Shown piece by piece: positions 48,245-55,663 of a stretch of DNA of 64,000 nucleotides. The position numbers were made by a program, and so were the translations under genes. Source of the stretch: an uncultured Methylobacterium sp. (GTDB lineage Bacteria; Pseudomonadota; Alphaproteobacteria; Rhizobiales; Beijerinckiaceae); contig NZ_CAXTBY010000003.1 in NCBI RefSeq assembly GCF_964242245.1, positions 31,294 to 95,293 on the forward strand, written 5' to 3'. Each line of letters begins with the position of its first letter. Position 1 is the stretch's first letter. The notes under the pieces are model-generated. The model worked only from the letters and a program-made list of their open reading frames with translations. It was not told the DNA's origin and did no database searches.

Positions 48245-49555
48245 ATGCACACGCGCGCCTTGTTCGAGGCTCCGGTCTTCGAGAGCACCGCACCCGAGCG
48301 GCGGATGGCCGCGCTCGAAGCCGAGAACATGCACCTGCGGACCCTGCTGGTGCAGGCGACCCGGCAGGCGGACGCGGAAGCCGAGCGCAGCGAGCGCCTC
48401 GGGCGGATCTTCATCTCGGAGCACAGCGCCAACCGCGTCGAGGCGAGCCGCGTCTTGTCGGAGGCGGCGCGCCTTCGCGCCGAGGCGGACGCCGTCGTCG
48501 CCCATTGCCGGCGCGACCTCGCGGACGGGGCCGCCCGCCTCGCCGGTGCCGAGGATCTCAACACGCAACTGCGCGCGAGTGAGGAATTCACCCGCCGAAT
48601 CCTCTGGACCACGACCGACTTCGTGAAGATCCTCGACCTCGGCGGCCGGCTCATCACGGTGAGCGAGAGCGGGCCGGCGGTGCTCGGCGTCGCCAGTTCC
48701 GCGAGCCTCATCGGTCGGCCGTGGCTGGAGTTCTGGTCCTGCCCGGACAGCCGCGCCGGCATCCTGCGCGCCCTCGACGAGGCGCGGGCGGGACGGCCGT
48801 GCCGGTTCCAGGCGCGGCTGAAGACTGGCATGAGCGAGGATGCGGCGACGTGGTGGGACATCGCCGTGACGCCCATCGATGGCGCCGATGGTCGCCCCGA
48901 GCGCATCCTCGCGGTGTCGCGGGACATCACCGAACTCAAGCGGAACGAGGCGCGTCAGACCCTGCTGATGCAGGAACTCGCGCATCGCGTGAAGAACACC
49001 CTCGCCATGGTGCAGGCGGTGGCGACGCAGACGCTGCGCAACGCGGTGTCCCTGGAGGCCGCGGGCGAGGCGCTGGGCGCGCGCCTTCTCGCCCTCGCGC
49101 AGGCCCACGACGTGCTGATGCAGGGTTCATGGTCCAGCGCCTCGCTCTCCGGCCTCGTCGCCGGGGCGGTGGCACTCCACGGGGACGGCGTGCCTGGGCG
49201 CTTCCGGGTGAGCGGGCCGGCCGTGACCCTCGAGGCCCGTCACGGCCTGACGCTGGCGCTGATGCTGCACGAACTCGGCACCAACGCGGCCAAGTACGGC
49301 GCGCTCTCGACCGCCGCCGGGCACGTCGTGATCGCGTGGGACGTCGTCGGCGCGGATGCGGACGCCCGCCTTCGCTTCCGCTGGCAGGAGGTCGGGGGTC
49401 CGCCCGTCGCGCCGCCCACCCGGACCGGCTTCGGCACCCGCCTGATCGCGCGAAGCCTCCGCCACAGCTTCGGTGGCGCCGTCGATCTCGGCTTCCCGCC
49501 GAGCGGCGCCGTGCTGACCCTGGAAGCCCCGCTCGCGGTGGTCGCCACCGCTTGA
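48245..49555 (+). CDS. PAS-domain HWE/HisKA_2-type sensor histidine kinase
   Basis: N-terminal coiled coil, a PAS-like segment (FTRRILWTTTDFVKILD..), H-box LMQELAHRVKNTLAMVQAV, and HELGTNAAKYGA. Confidence 0.8.
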   Translation: MHTRALFEAPVFESTAPERRMAALEAENMHLRTLLVQATRQADAEAERSERLGRIFISEHSANRVEASRVLSEAARLRAEADAVVAHCRRDLADGAARLAGAEDLNTQLRASEEFTRRILWTTTDFVKILDLGGRLITVSESGPAVLGVASSASLIGRPWLEFWSCPDSRAGILRALDEARAGRPCRFQARLKTGMSEDAATWWDIAVTPIDGADGRPERILAVSRDITELKRNEARQTLLMQELAHRVKNTLAMVQAVATQTLRNAVSLEAAGEALGARLLALAQAHDVLMQGSWSSASLSGLVAGAVALHGDGVPGRFRVSGPAVTLEARHGLTLALMLHELGTNAAKYGALSTAAGHVVIAWDVVGADADARLRFRWQEVGGPPVAPPTRTGFGTRLIARSLRHSFGGAVDLGFPPSGAVLTLEAPLAVVATA

Positions 49556-49635
49556 GGGGACTTGCCTGCCCGTGCCTCCACCCAGCCGTCCGGCCACGGG
49601 TTGGCATTGGCGTCGCCTCGTGAGACGGCAGGGGC

Positions 49636-49959
49636 GTGTCCACCATCCTCCTCTACGTCGCGGCGGCGCTCGCCGAGATCGCCGGCTGCTTCTCGGCCTG
49701 GGCGTGGCTGCGGCTGGGCCGCTCGCCGCTCTGGCTGGTTCCGGGCTCCCTGGCGCTCGCCCTGTTCGCCGTGCTGCTGACCCGTGTCGGGAGCGGGGCC
49801 GCCGGCCGGACCTACGCGGCCTACGGCGGCGTCTACGTCGCGCTCTCGCTCGGATGGCTCTGGCTGGTCGAGGGACAGAGACCCGATCGCTGGGACCTGT
49901 CGGGCGCGATGATCTGCCTCGCCGGGGCCGCCGTGATCCTCTGGGGACCGCGCCCGTGA
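49636..49959 (+). CDS. YnfA/UPF0060 family small membrane protein
   Basis: 107 aa with four helices. [42 protein letters not shown]. Confidence 0.8.
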   Translation: MSTILLYVAAALAEIAGCFSAWAWLRLGRSPLWLVPGSLALALFAVLLTRVGSGAAGRTYAAYGGVYVALSLGWLWLVEGQRPDRWDLSGAMICLAGAAVILWGPRP

Positions 49960-50045
49960 GGCGGGCCGCCGCGACGCCGCCGCCTTGACGGGGGGGAGCC
50001 CGGAGAATACGCCCCGGGCTCCACGAGACATCGTCCGCAGGCCCG

Positions 50046-50432
50046 ATGACCGATAGTCCGACAGAGCACCCCGTCGTCCTCCTCGTGGAAGACGACGGCC
50101 TTCTCCTGATGGAGGCCGCCGACACGCTCTCGGATGCGGGCTTCACGGTGCTGGAGGCGAGCCACGCGGACAAGGCCCTGAAGGTGCTGGAGAACCGCGA
50201 CGACGTCGAGGTCCTGATGACCGACGTCGACATGCCGCAAGGCTCGATGGACGGGTTCGCGCTGGCCCGGCTCGTCGCCGACCGCTGGCCCGCGATCCCG
50301 GTCCTCGTCGTGTCGGGGATGGGCACGCCCGGACCCTACGACATGCCGGACGGGGCGCGCTTCATCCCGAAGCCCTACGAGCCCAACACCCTGGTGCGGA
50401 CCCTGCGCGCCTTCATCAACCGCGCCGCCTGA
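50046..50432 (+). CDS. single-domain (CheY-like) response regulator
   Basis: VVLLVEDDGLL..VEVLMTDVDMPQGSMDG..IPVLVVSG..FIPKPY. Confidence 0.85.
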   Translation: MTDSPTEHPVVLLVEDDGLLLMEAADTLSDAGFTVLEASHADKALKVLENRDDVEVLMTDVDMPQGSMDGFALARLVADRWPAIPVLVVSGMGTPGPYDMPDGARFIPKPYEPNTLVRTLRAFINRAA

Positions 50433-50434
50433 CT

Positions 50435-50469
50435 CCCTCCCGCCCGTCGTCCGGGCGGCCGCGGGAGGG
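50435..50469 (+). terminator. GC-rich stem-loop after the receiver gene (probable terminator, no U-tract)
   Basis: CCCTCCCGC (50435-50443) pairs with GCGGGAGGG (50461-50469). There is also an inner GCCCG/CGGGC pair. Confidence 0.35.
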
Positions 50470-50494
50470 CCGGACGGAGGACCGATCCGAGATC

Positions 50495-51796
50495 ATGTCA
50501 GACACCCCGCACAAGCCCCGCTTCGCCACGCAGGCCATCCACGCCGGCGCGGCCCCCGATCCGGCCACCGGCGCGCGGGTGCAGCCGATCTACTTCACCA
50601 ACGGCTTCGTGTTCGACTCGACCGAGCAGGCGGCCGATATCTTCAACATGCGCCGCACCGGGTTCTCGTATTCCCGCGGCTCGAACCCGACGGTGGCCGC
50701 CCTGGAACGGCGGGTCGCGGCGCTGGAGGGTGCCAAGGCTGCCGTCGCGGTGGCCTCGGGCCAGTCCGCGGTCATGCTCGTGCTGCTGACGCTGATGCGC
50801 AGCGGCGACGCCTACGTCGCATCGCCGCGCCTGTTCGGCGGCTCGCTCGGCCTGATGCGGCGCCTCGACGGCCGCTACGACCTGAAGCCGCACTTCGCCA
50901 AGGGCCTGACGCCGGCCGACTTCGAGGCGGCGATCACCCCCGACACCCGCGCCATCATCTGCGAGTCGATCGTCAACCCGTGCGCCACGGTGATGGACCT
51001 CGCGGGCATCGCCGAGGTGGCCAAGCGCCACGGCCTGCCGCTGGTCGTCGACAACACGCTGGCGTCGCCTGCCCTGATCCGCCCGATCGAGCACGGCGCC
51101 GACATCGTCGTCCATTCGACCTCGAAGTTCCTGGGCGGCTCGGGCCAGACCATCGGCGGGGTGATCTGCGATGCCGGCAACTTCGACTGGACCAGGACCG
51201 ACCACTACGACCTGATCACCGGGGCGTGGCCCGACTACGACGGCCTCGTCATCACCGAGCGGTTCCCCGAGACCCCGTTCGCGGTGGCCTGCCGCCTGTT
51301 CGGCCTGCGCGACCTCGGCCCCGGCCTCTCACCGATGAACGCCTTCCTGACGCTGACCGGCATCGAGACCCTGCCGCTGCGCATGGAGCGGCACTGCGCC
51401 AACGCGCGCGTCGTCGCCGCCTACCTGAAGGACCATCCGGCGGTGGCCTGGGTCAGCTATCCGGGCCTGCCGGGTCAGCCCGGCGAGGCGATGGCCAAGC
51501 GCTACGTGCCGGGTGGGCCGGGATCGATCTTCACCTTCGCCCTGAAGGGCGGCGAGCCGGCGGCGCTGCAGTTCATCACCGGGCTGGAGTTGTTCTCGCA
51601 CCTCGTGAACCTCGGCGAGATCAAGTCGCTGGCGATCCATCCCGCCACGACCACGCACCGCCAGCTTCCCGATTCCGAGAAGGCCGCGGCCTGCGTCGGG
51701 CGCGAGGCGGTGCGCCTGTCGATCGGCCTGGAGAACGTCGAGGACCTGATCGCCGACCTCGCGCAGGCGCTGGCCAAGGTCGGGTCGCCGGCATGA
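50495..51796 (+). CDS. PLP-dependent O-acetylhomoserine/O-acetylserine sulfhydrylase paralog
   Basis: FATQAIHAGAAPDPATGARVQPIY..SNPTVAALE and the PLP-Lys motif HSTSKFLGGSG. Clearly diverged from the copy at 44884-46164. Confidence 0.85.
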   Translation: MSDTPHKPRFATQAIHAGAAPDPATGARVQPIYFTNGFVFDSTEQAADIFNMRRTGFSYSRGSNPTVAALERRVAALEGAKAAVAVASGQSAVMLVLLTLMRSGDAYVASPRLFGGSLGLMRRLDGRYDLKPHFAKGLTPADFEAAITPDTRAIICESIVNPCATVMDLAGIAEVAKRHGLPLVVDNTLASPALIRPIEHGADIVVHSTSKFLGGSGQTIGGVICDAGNFDWTRTDHYDLITGAWPDYDGLVITERFPETPFAVACRLFGLRDLGPGLSPMNAFLTLTGIETLPLRMERHCANARVVAAYLKDHPAVAWVSYPGLPGQPGEAMAKRYVPGGPGSIFTFALKGGEPAALQFITGLELFSHLVNLGEIKSLAIHPATTTHRQLPDSEKAAACVGREAVRLSIGLENVEDLIADLAQALAKVGSPA

Positions 51797-51962
51797 TGCG
51801 TGGCCTTCATCCGGCGCCGCCGCGCTGAAGCGCGGCACGATCGGGGCGGATGGCCGGCTATGCCCATCCCTATCTCCGGGGTCAGCGCACAGGACGGCCC
51901 CGCAAGCGGATCAATCGGAACGGAACTGCTCGCCTGCGGTGCCTTACCGATCCGCGGCCTTC

Positions 51963-52102
51963 TGTGCGTCGACCCATAAACCCGGACTGACCCGCCCTTA
52001 GGTCGCTGGGCGAGGCCTCGCAGCCTCTCAGGGTTACCCGGAACGCACCAACCCATAAAGCCGGAATGCGCCTCTGGCTCCCTCGCCATAAAGCCGAACA
52101 GG
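51963..52102. repeat. putative transposon left-end: TGTG terminus plus three direct transposase-binding-site-like repeats
   Basis: TGTGCGTCGACCCATAAACCCGGACTGA (51963-51990). Repeats are GACCCATAAACCCGGA (51971), AACCCATAAAGCCGGA (52050) and TCGCCATAAAGCCGAA (52083), all in the same orientation. Confidence 0.45.
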
Positions 52103-52228
52103 GAGGCGCATACGCCCTCTCTGACCGCGCAGGATATCAGGCAATCCACATCGAGCAGCGCACGCACGCCCTAAGGACTGAAAGGAGCAGGATCGAATGG
52201 TCTTGCCTCAGCCAGCCTGTGGAGAAGG

Positions 52229-52257
52229 GAGCCGGCGGCGAACGACACCGCCGGCTC
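52229..52257 (-). terminator. GC-rich hairpin just after the last cargo gene
   Basis: GAGCCGGCGG-cgaacgaca-CCGCCGGCTC, a perfect 10-bp stem. It starts 5 nt past the TAA of the 114-aa ORF. No U-tract. Confidence 0.45.
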
Positions 52258-52261
52258 TGGC

Positions 52262-52606
52262 TTAGGCGGCCGAGTAGGCCAGGCGCGGCCCGCGCTCGCG
52301 CGGGTAGCCGGGCGTGACCGGCACGCTCACCGGCGCCTCAACGCGCAGTTTGACCTTATGATGGGTGCTGCACTTCTGGATGGTCACAAACACTCCAGCG
52401 AACAGTTCACGGCGTTCGCCGAGCGGAATGCAGGCGCCCCGAAGGAAATGCGCCCCGTGCTGTGATGGCCGGCTCGGGTCACGGTAAGCAACCACCGCCC
52501 CCTTCCCGTCCTCATCCTCGTAGATATGCTCCACGCTGAGCCATGCGTCCCCAACAGAAAGCGGGCGATGGCACTGCGTCGTGCGATGCAGGGAAGTCGT
52601 CTTCAT
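52262..52606 (-). CDS. hypothetical protein (114 aa), last gene inside the transposon
   Basis: ATG 52606 with GGAG 6 nt upstream. No TM segment and no motif I recognise. G/C-ending codon bias is moderate. Confidence 0.45.
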   Translation of the reverse strand: MKTTSLHRTTQCHRPLSVGDAWLSVEHIYEDEDGKGAVVAYRDPSRPSQHGAHFLRGACIPLGERRELFAGVFVTIQKCSTHHKVKLRVEAPVSVPVTPGYPRERGPRLAYSAA

Positions 52607-52978
52607 GGTTAGCTCCATAGAACGGATTGAGGTCTATGGGGCTTAGCGGCCCGTTCATGGGCCACGCTCGGCTGAGGTGAGAAGGCCCCGTCGGCTCGTC
52701 AAGGAGGCCGCCGACGGAAATCGGCGACTAAGATCGCTTGCACGCTGCTCAAGAGCGGACCTCCCTATCCCGCCTCTAGGCCTTCAGCCTCTCGATCTCA
52801 GCGTTCGCCGCGAGCTCCTTGCGGATCGCCTCCAAACCTACGAGCTACCGAAGCACGTTCCCCGCCTAGGCCAAATGCCGGCAAGAGGCTGTAGGCGAGG
52901 CCGAACACCTACATCGCAAAGCCCGCCCCCATGCCGATCAGGAGGGCATCGGGCATCGGGCATCGAGACCGGCACCCC

Positions 52979-55663
52979 TCAGGAGGTCACGGCCCGTCCG
53001 AGCAGCTGAAGCTCATGGAGGGGAAACGGCAGCCGCGTGTCGCCTCCGTACTGGGTGTGGACCTGCCGGAGTCGGTGGGCGGCCATCCTAACGGCTGCGA
53101 GGTCGTCATCCGGCTGGCAGAATACGGCGCAGATCTCGTCCATGGCGGCGAGGCGCCGGGGCTTGTCGTCACGCACCTTGTTGTCGCCGGGCGCGAGGTG
53201 GCGCGAGATCAGGGCGTTCGGGATAAACTTGGACATGGGCTTCGGCTTGCGCTTCAGGCCGTAGGCGGTCCTGGCTCCATCGTCCCAAGCGAACAGCCCG
53301 CCTGGCCAGGCTGTGTCCTCCAGGTGGTAGTAGGTGGGCAGCTTTTCGTCGTCGGAGACGAAGCGGACCATCCGGACGTTGGGCAGGTCGGCCGGCCTGA
53401 AGCTCCGGTTGCCGACCTGGAGGTTGTCGAGGGCGAGGTTGCCGTTCTGAAGCGACTTGATGATCGTCCCGAGGCGATCCCCGTCGAGGAGCACGACGCC
53501 GCCGCCTTTGCTCGCGCCGGCCGCGTCGTCGATCTGCTCCAGAGCCGTGTCGTAGAACATGTGGAATCGGCCGAGGTTCTCCTCGTCGCGGCCGCGGTTG
53601 AAGCGTCCGTATTCCCCGGCGAAGATGGCGAGCGCCGCGAGGCCGTAGGGTTGCCAGTTCGGCTCGCCCTCGTCGGTCGGGACGGCGCATTCCAGGATGC
53701 CTTCCTTCACGCGGGCTGCGAGTGGGAAGGACTGCTTCTCGACCCCATTGCTGGCGTTGCGCTGAATCACCGACAGGGCAGCCGGGGCGTAACGCAGGTC
53801 CTCTTCGTAGGGCGGGAGCACCCCGAGCATGCGCAAGCAGTCGCCGATTGCGGCCTTGTACTTGTCGTCAACGACCCCTTCGTCGTCCCAGAGGACGACC
53901 TGGGGCAGGACACGTTGCCGGGCGAGTTCGCGCCGGGCGAAGGTATAGGGGTCTCCCCTCTGACCCTGCAGGTTCGCGGCCATTTCCAGGATCGTGCACG
54001 CAACGCCCGTGCGCCCGACCCGAATGCCTCTCACCCAGGCGGCCATGCGCCGGGCCGCCTCGACGCCGATCTCGTTTTCGCGAGCTCGGAGCATCTCGCC
54101 GATCTGGCGCTCCGTCCGCCCGGCCCGCTCGGCATCCGTAAGGGCTGCCGGCCGGAGCGCCTCGGCGAGGATCCCGGCCGGGGCCTCCACGATGTTGATG
54201 GTGAGACCATCCTCCCAGGTCATGGTCCCGTCGCGGCGCGCCGGCTCGCCCAGGATCACGGCGAGCTTGTCCCGGACAGTGGCGGGCGTGCCCTCCAAGC
54301 CATGGAGCACGAGGAAATCGAGCTCCTTGCCGTTTCCGAGGACGCCCAGAGTCTTGATCAGGGCGGCGCGACGGGCTTCGAGGACGCCAGCGTTGACCGC
54401 AGCCTCGCTGAAGGGGCTCTCGACCGACATGGTCTTCGAGATGCGCCGCATGGTTGGTGCGCGCTCCAGCAACATGTCGCCGAGCGGGGCATCGAGGGAG
54501 TTGGAAATGTCGAGGCGATCCGGCCACCCGACGCCCGTCCCACCGGCGAGATAGCGGTCGCCGCTGCCGGGGGCGAGCCTCGGCAGCACCCAGAGCCCAT
54601 CGCGGCCGCTAACCATCTGGATGCCGTCGCCGTCCGCGAGGGACCCGGGGGAAACAAGTCGCCTGAGTAGGTCGTAGATGCGATGGTCGCGGTGCGACTC
54701 CCACCGGGCCACTATCCGCCTGTCCTCGCGACGCTGGCGCACCCCCTCCCAGTTCTCGACGAGGGCCTTGAAGGGAAAGGACGTGTGCCGGTAGTCGTCG
54801 AGGCCGCCCGACGCTTTCTCCGAGGGCATGAACAGGTCGAGGGAACGCGCCGGGCTGCCTGTGAGGTCGTAGCCGACGGGGACCGCCCAGTTGCGGATCG
54901 AGGGCCGCGCCAGGATGTGGATGCCCGCTTCCTTGCGCTCCGGGAAGGTCGCGGCCTTGATGGTGACGACCTCGGAATAGTAGGCGTCGCGGCTCGGATG
55001 CTTCTTCGGGGGGAAGGCGACGAGGTCGATGCCCTCGAAGGGCGAGGAATGCGGCGTGCGGGCGACAAGGGTCCGTTCCTCGCCCGACGCGAAGCGGATC
55101 GAGCGCCCGGAGAGGTGGTCGACGGCGTGGGCGACGAGAGCGTCGTAGAGCAGCCGGTTCTCCGGGATCGCGCAGATGCCGTCGTGGGCCTGGAGGCGGG
55201 TGTGCACCTCGATGGAGACCCAGTTCTCGTCGTCGCCCGCGGAACGGGCAACGTCGTCCCGCACCTCGGGGTCCTTGTTCCCGTAGATGGTGCCGAGCCA
55301 TAGGTTGATGGCGGCCACCACACGCCGGCGCAGGTCCCGGTCGCCCGTCCGGTCGCCGACCATGTATAGGGCGAGCCGTATGCCGGCGCCGGGGACGGAC
55401 CGGGCGCGTGGGTCCATGTAGGCGATTTCCGGGACCAGGAAGGCCAGGATCTCGGACAAGCCGGCGAGCACGATATAGGTGGGCTGGTTGGCTCGACCGG
55501 TCCGCTCGACGCACCATTGCAGCAGTGTCGTGTGGGCGTGCTCCGGCAGCATGAAGCGGGTCAAGAGGAGCGCCTCGTCGAGGCCAGTGGTGGTCCACGC
55601 GGCGACGTGTAGCTCGTCGGTCGATCTAGCCAAGGCGAAGCCCCTCTGTGTTGGCGAGCGCAT
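52979..55663 (-). CDS. large pPIWI-RE-like protein (third gene of the nuclease-helicase-PIWI-RE module)
   Basis: About 890 aa. The C-terminus ..RRLAAMDEICAVFCQPDDD..AHRLRQVHTQYGGDTRLPFPLHELQLL, the size and the gene context match my memory of the pPIWI_RE (DUF3962/DUF3893) family. Start is uncertain: ATG 55663, or TTG 55633 with AGAGGGG SD. The track start 55993 overlaps the helicase by 368 nt and is rejected. Confidence 0.55.
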   Translation of the reverse strand: MRSPTQRGFALARSTDELHVAAWTTTGLDEALLLTRFMLPEHAHTTLLQWCVERTGRANQPTYIVLAGLSEILAFLVPEIAYMDPRARSVPGAGIRLALYMVGDRTGDRDLRRRVVAAINLWLGTIYGNKDPEVRDDVARSAGDDENWVSIEVHTRLQAHDGICAIPENRLLYDALVAHAVDHLSGRSIRFASGEERTLVARTPHSSPFEGIDLVAFPPKKHPSRDAYYSEVVTIKAATFPERKEAGIHILARPSIRNWAVPVGYDLTGSPARSLDLFMPSEKASGGLDDYRHTSFPFKALVENWEGVRQRREDRRIVARWESHRDHRIYDLLRRLVSPGSLADGDGIQMVSGRDGLWVLPRLAPGSGDRYLAGGTGVGWPDRLDISNSLDAPLGDMLLERAPTMRRISKTMSVESPFSEAAVNAGVLEARRAALIKTLGVLGNGKELDFLVLHGLEGTPATVRDKLAVILGEPARRDGTMTWEDGLTINIVEAPAGILAEALRPAALTDAERAGRTERQIGEMLRARENEIGVEAARRMAAWVRGIRVGRTGVACTILEMAANLQGQRGDPYTFARRELARQRVLPQVVLWDDEGVVDDKYKAAIGDCLRMLGVLPPYEEDLRYAPAALSVIQRNASNGVEKQSFPLAARVKEGILECAVPTDEGEPNWQPYGLAALAIFAGEYGRFNRGRDEENLGRFHMFYDTALEQIDDAAGASKGGGVVLLDGDRLGTIIKSLQNGNLALDNLQVGNRSFRPADLPNVRMVRFVSDDEKLPTYYHLEDTAWPGGLFAWDDGARTAYGLKRKPKPMSKFIPNALISRHLAPGDNKVRDDKPRRLAAMDEICAVFCQPDDDLAAVRMAAHRLRQVHTQYGGDTRLPFPLHELQLLGRAVTS

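Noticed and set aside
50495-51962. The sulfhydrylase gene as the TniQ-recognised attachment site (attTn7-like)
   Set aside because: In Tn7 the tns-proximal right end faces the target gene. Here the cargo-side end faces the sulfhydrylase gene, so the specific target, if any, is more likely beyond the right window edge.
52197-52265. 22-codon plus-strand ORF with a strong AAGGAG SD (MVLPQPACGEGSRRRTTPPALA*)
   Set aside because: It reads straight through the terminator hairpin of the convergent 114-aa gene and has no recognisable features. It is most likely fortuitous.
52677-53009. 110-aa plus-strand ORF in the spacer after the pPIWI-RE-like gene
   Set aside because: Arg-rich composition, no SD, and overlap with the 3' end of the pPIWI-RE-like gene on the other strand. 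Treated as a GC artefact.
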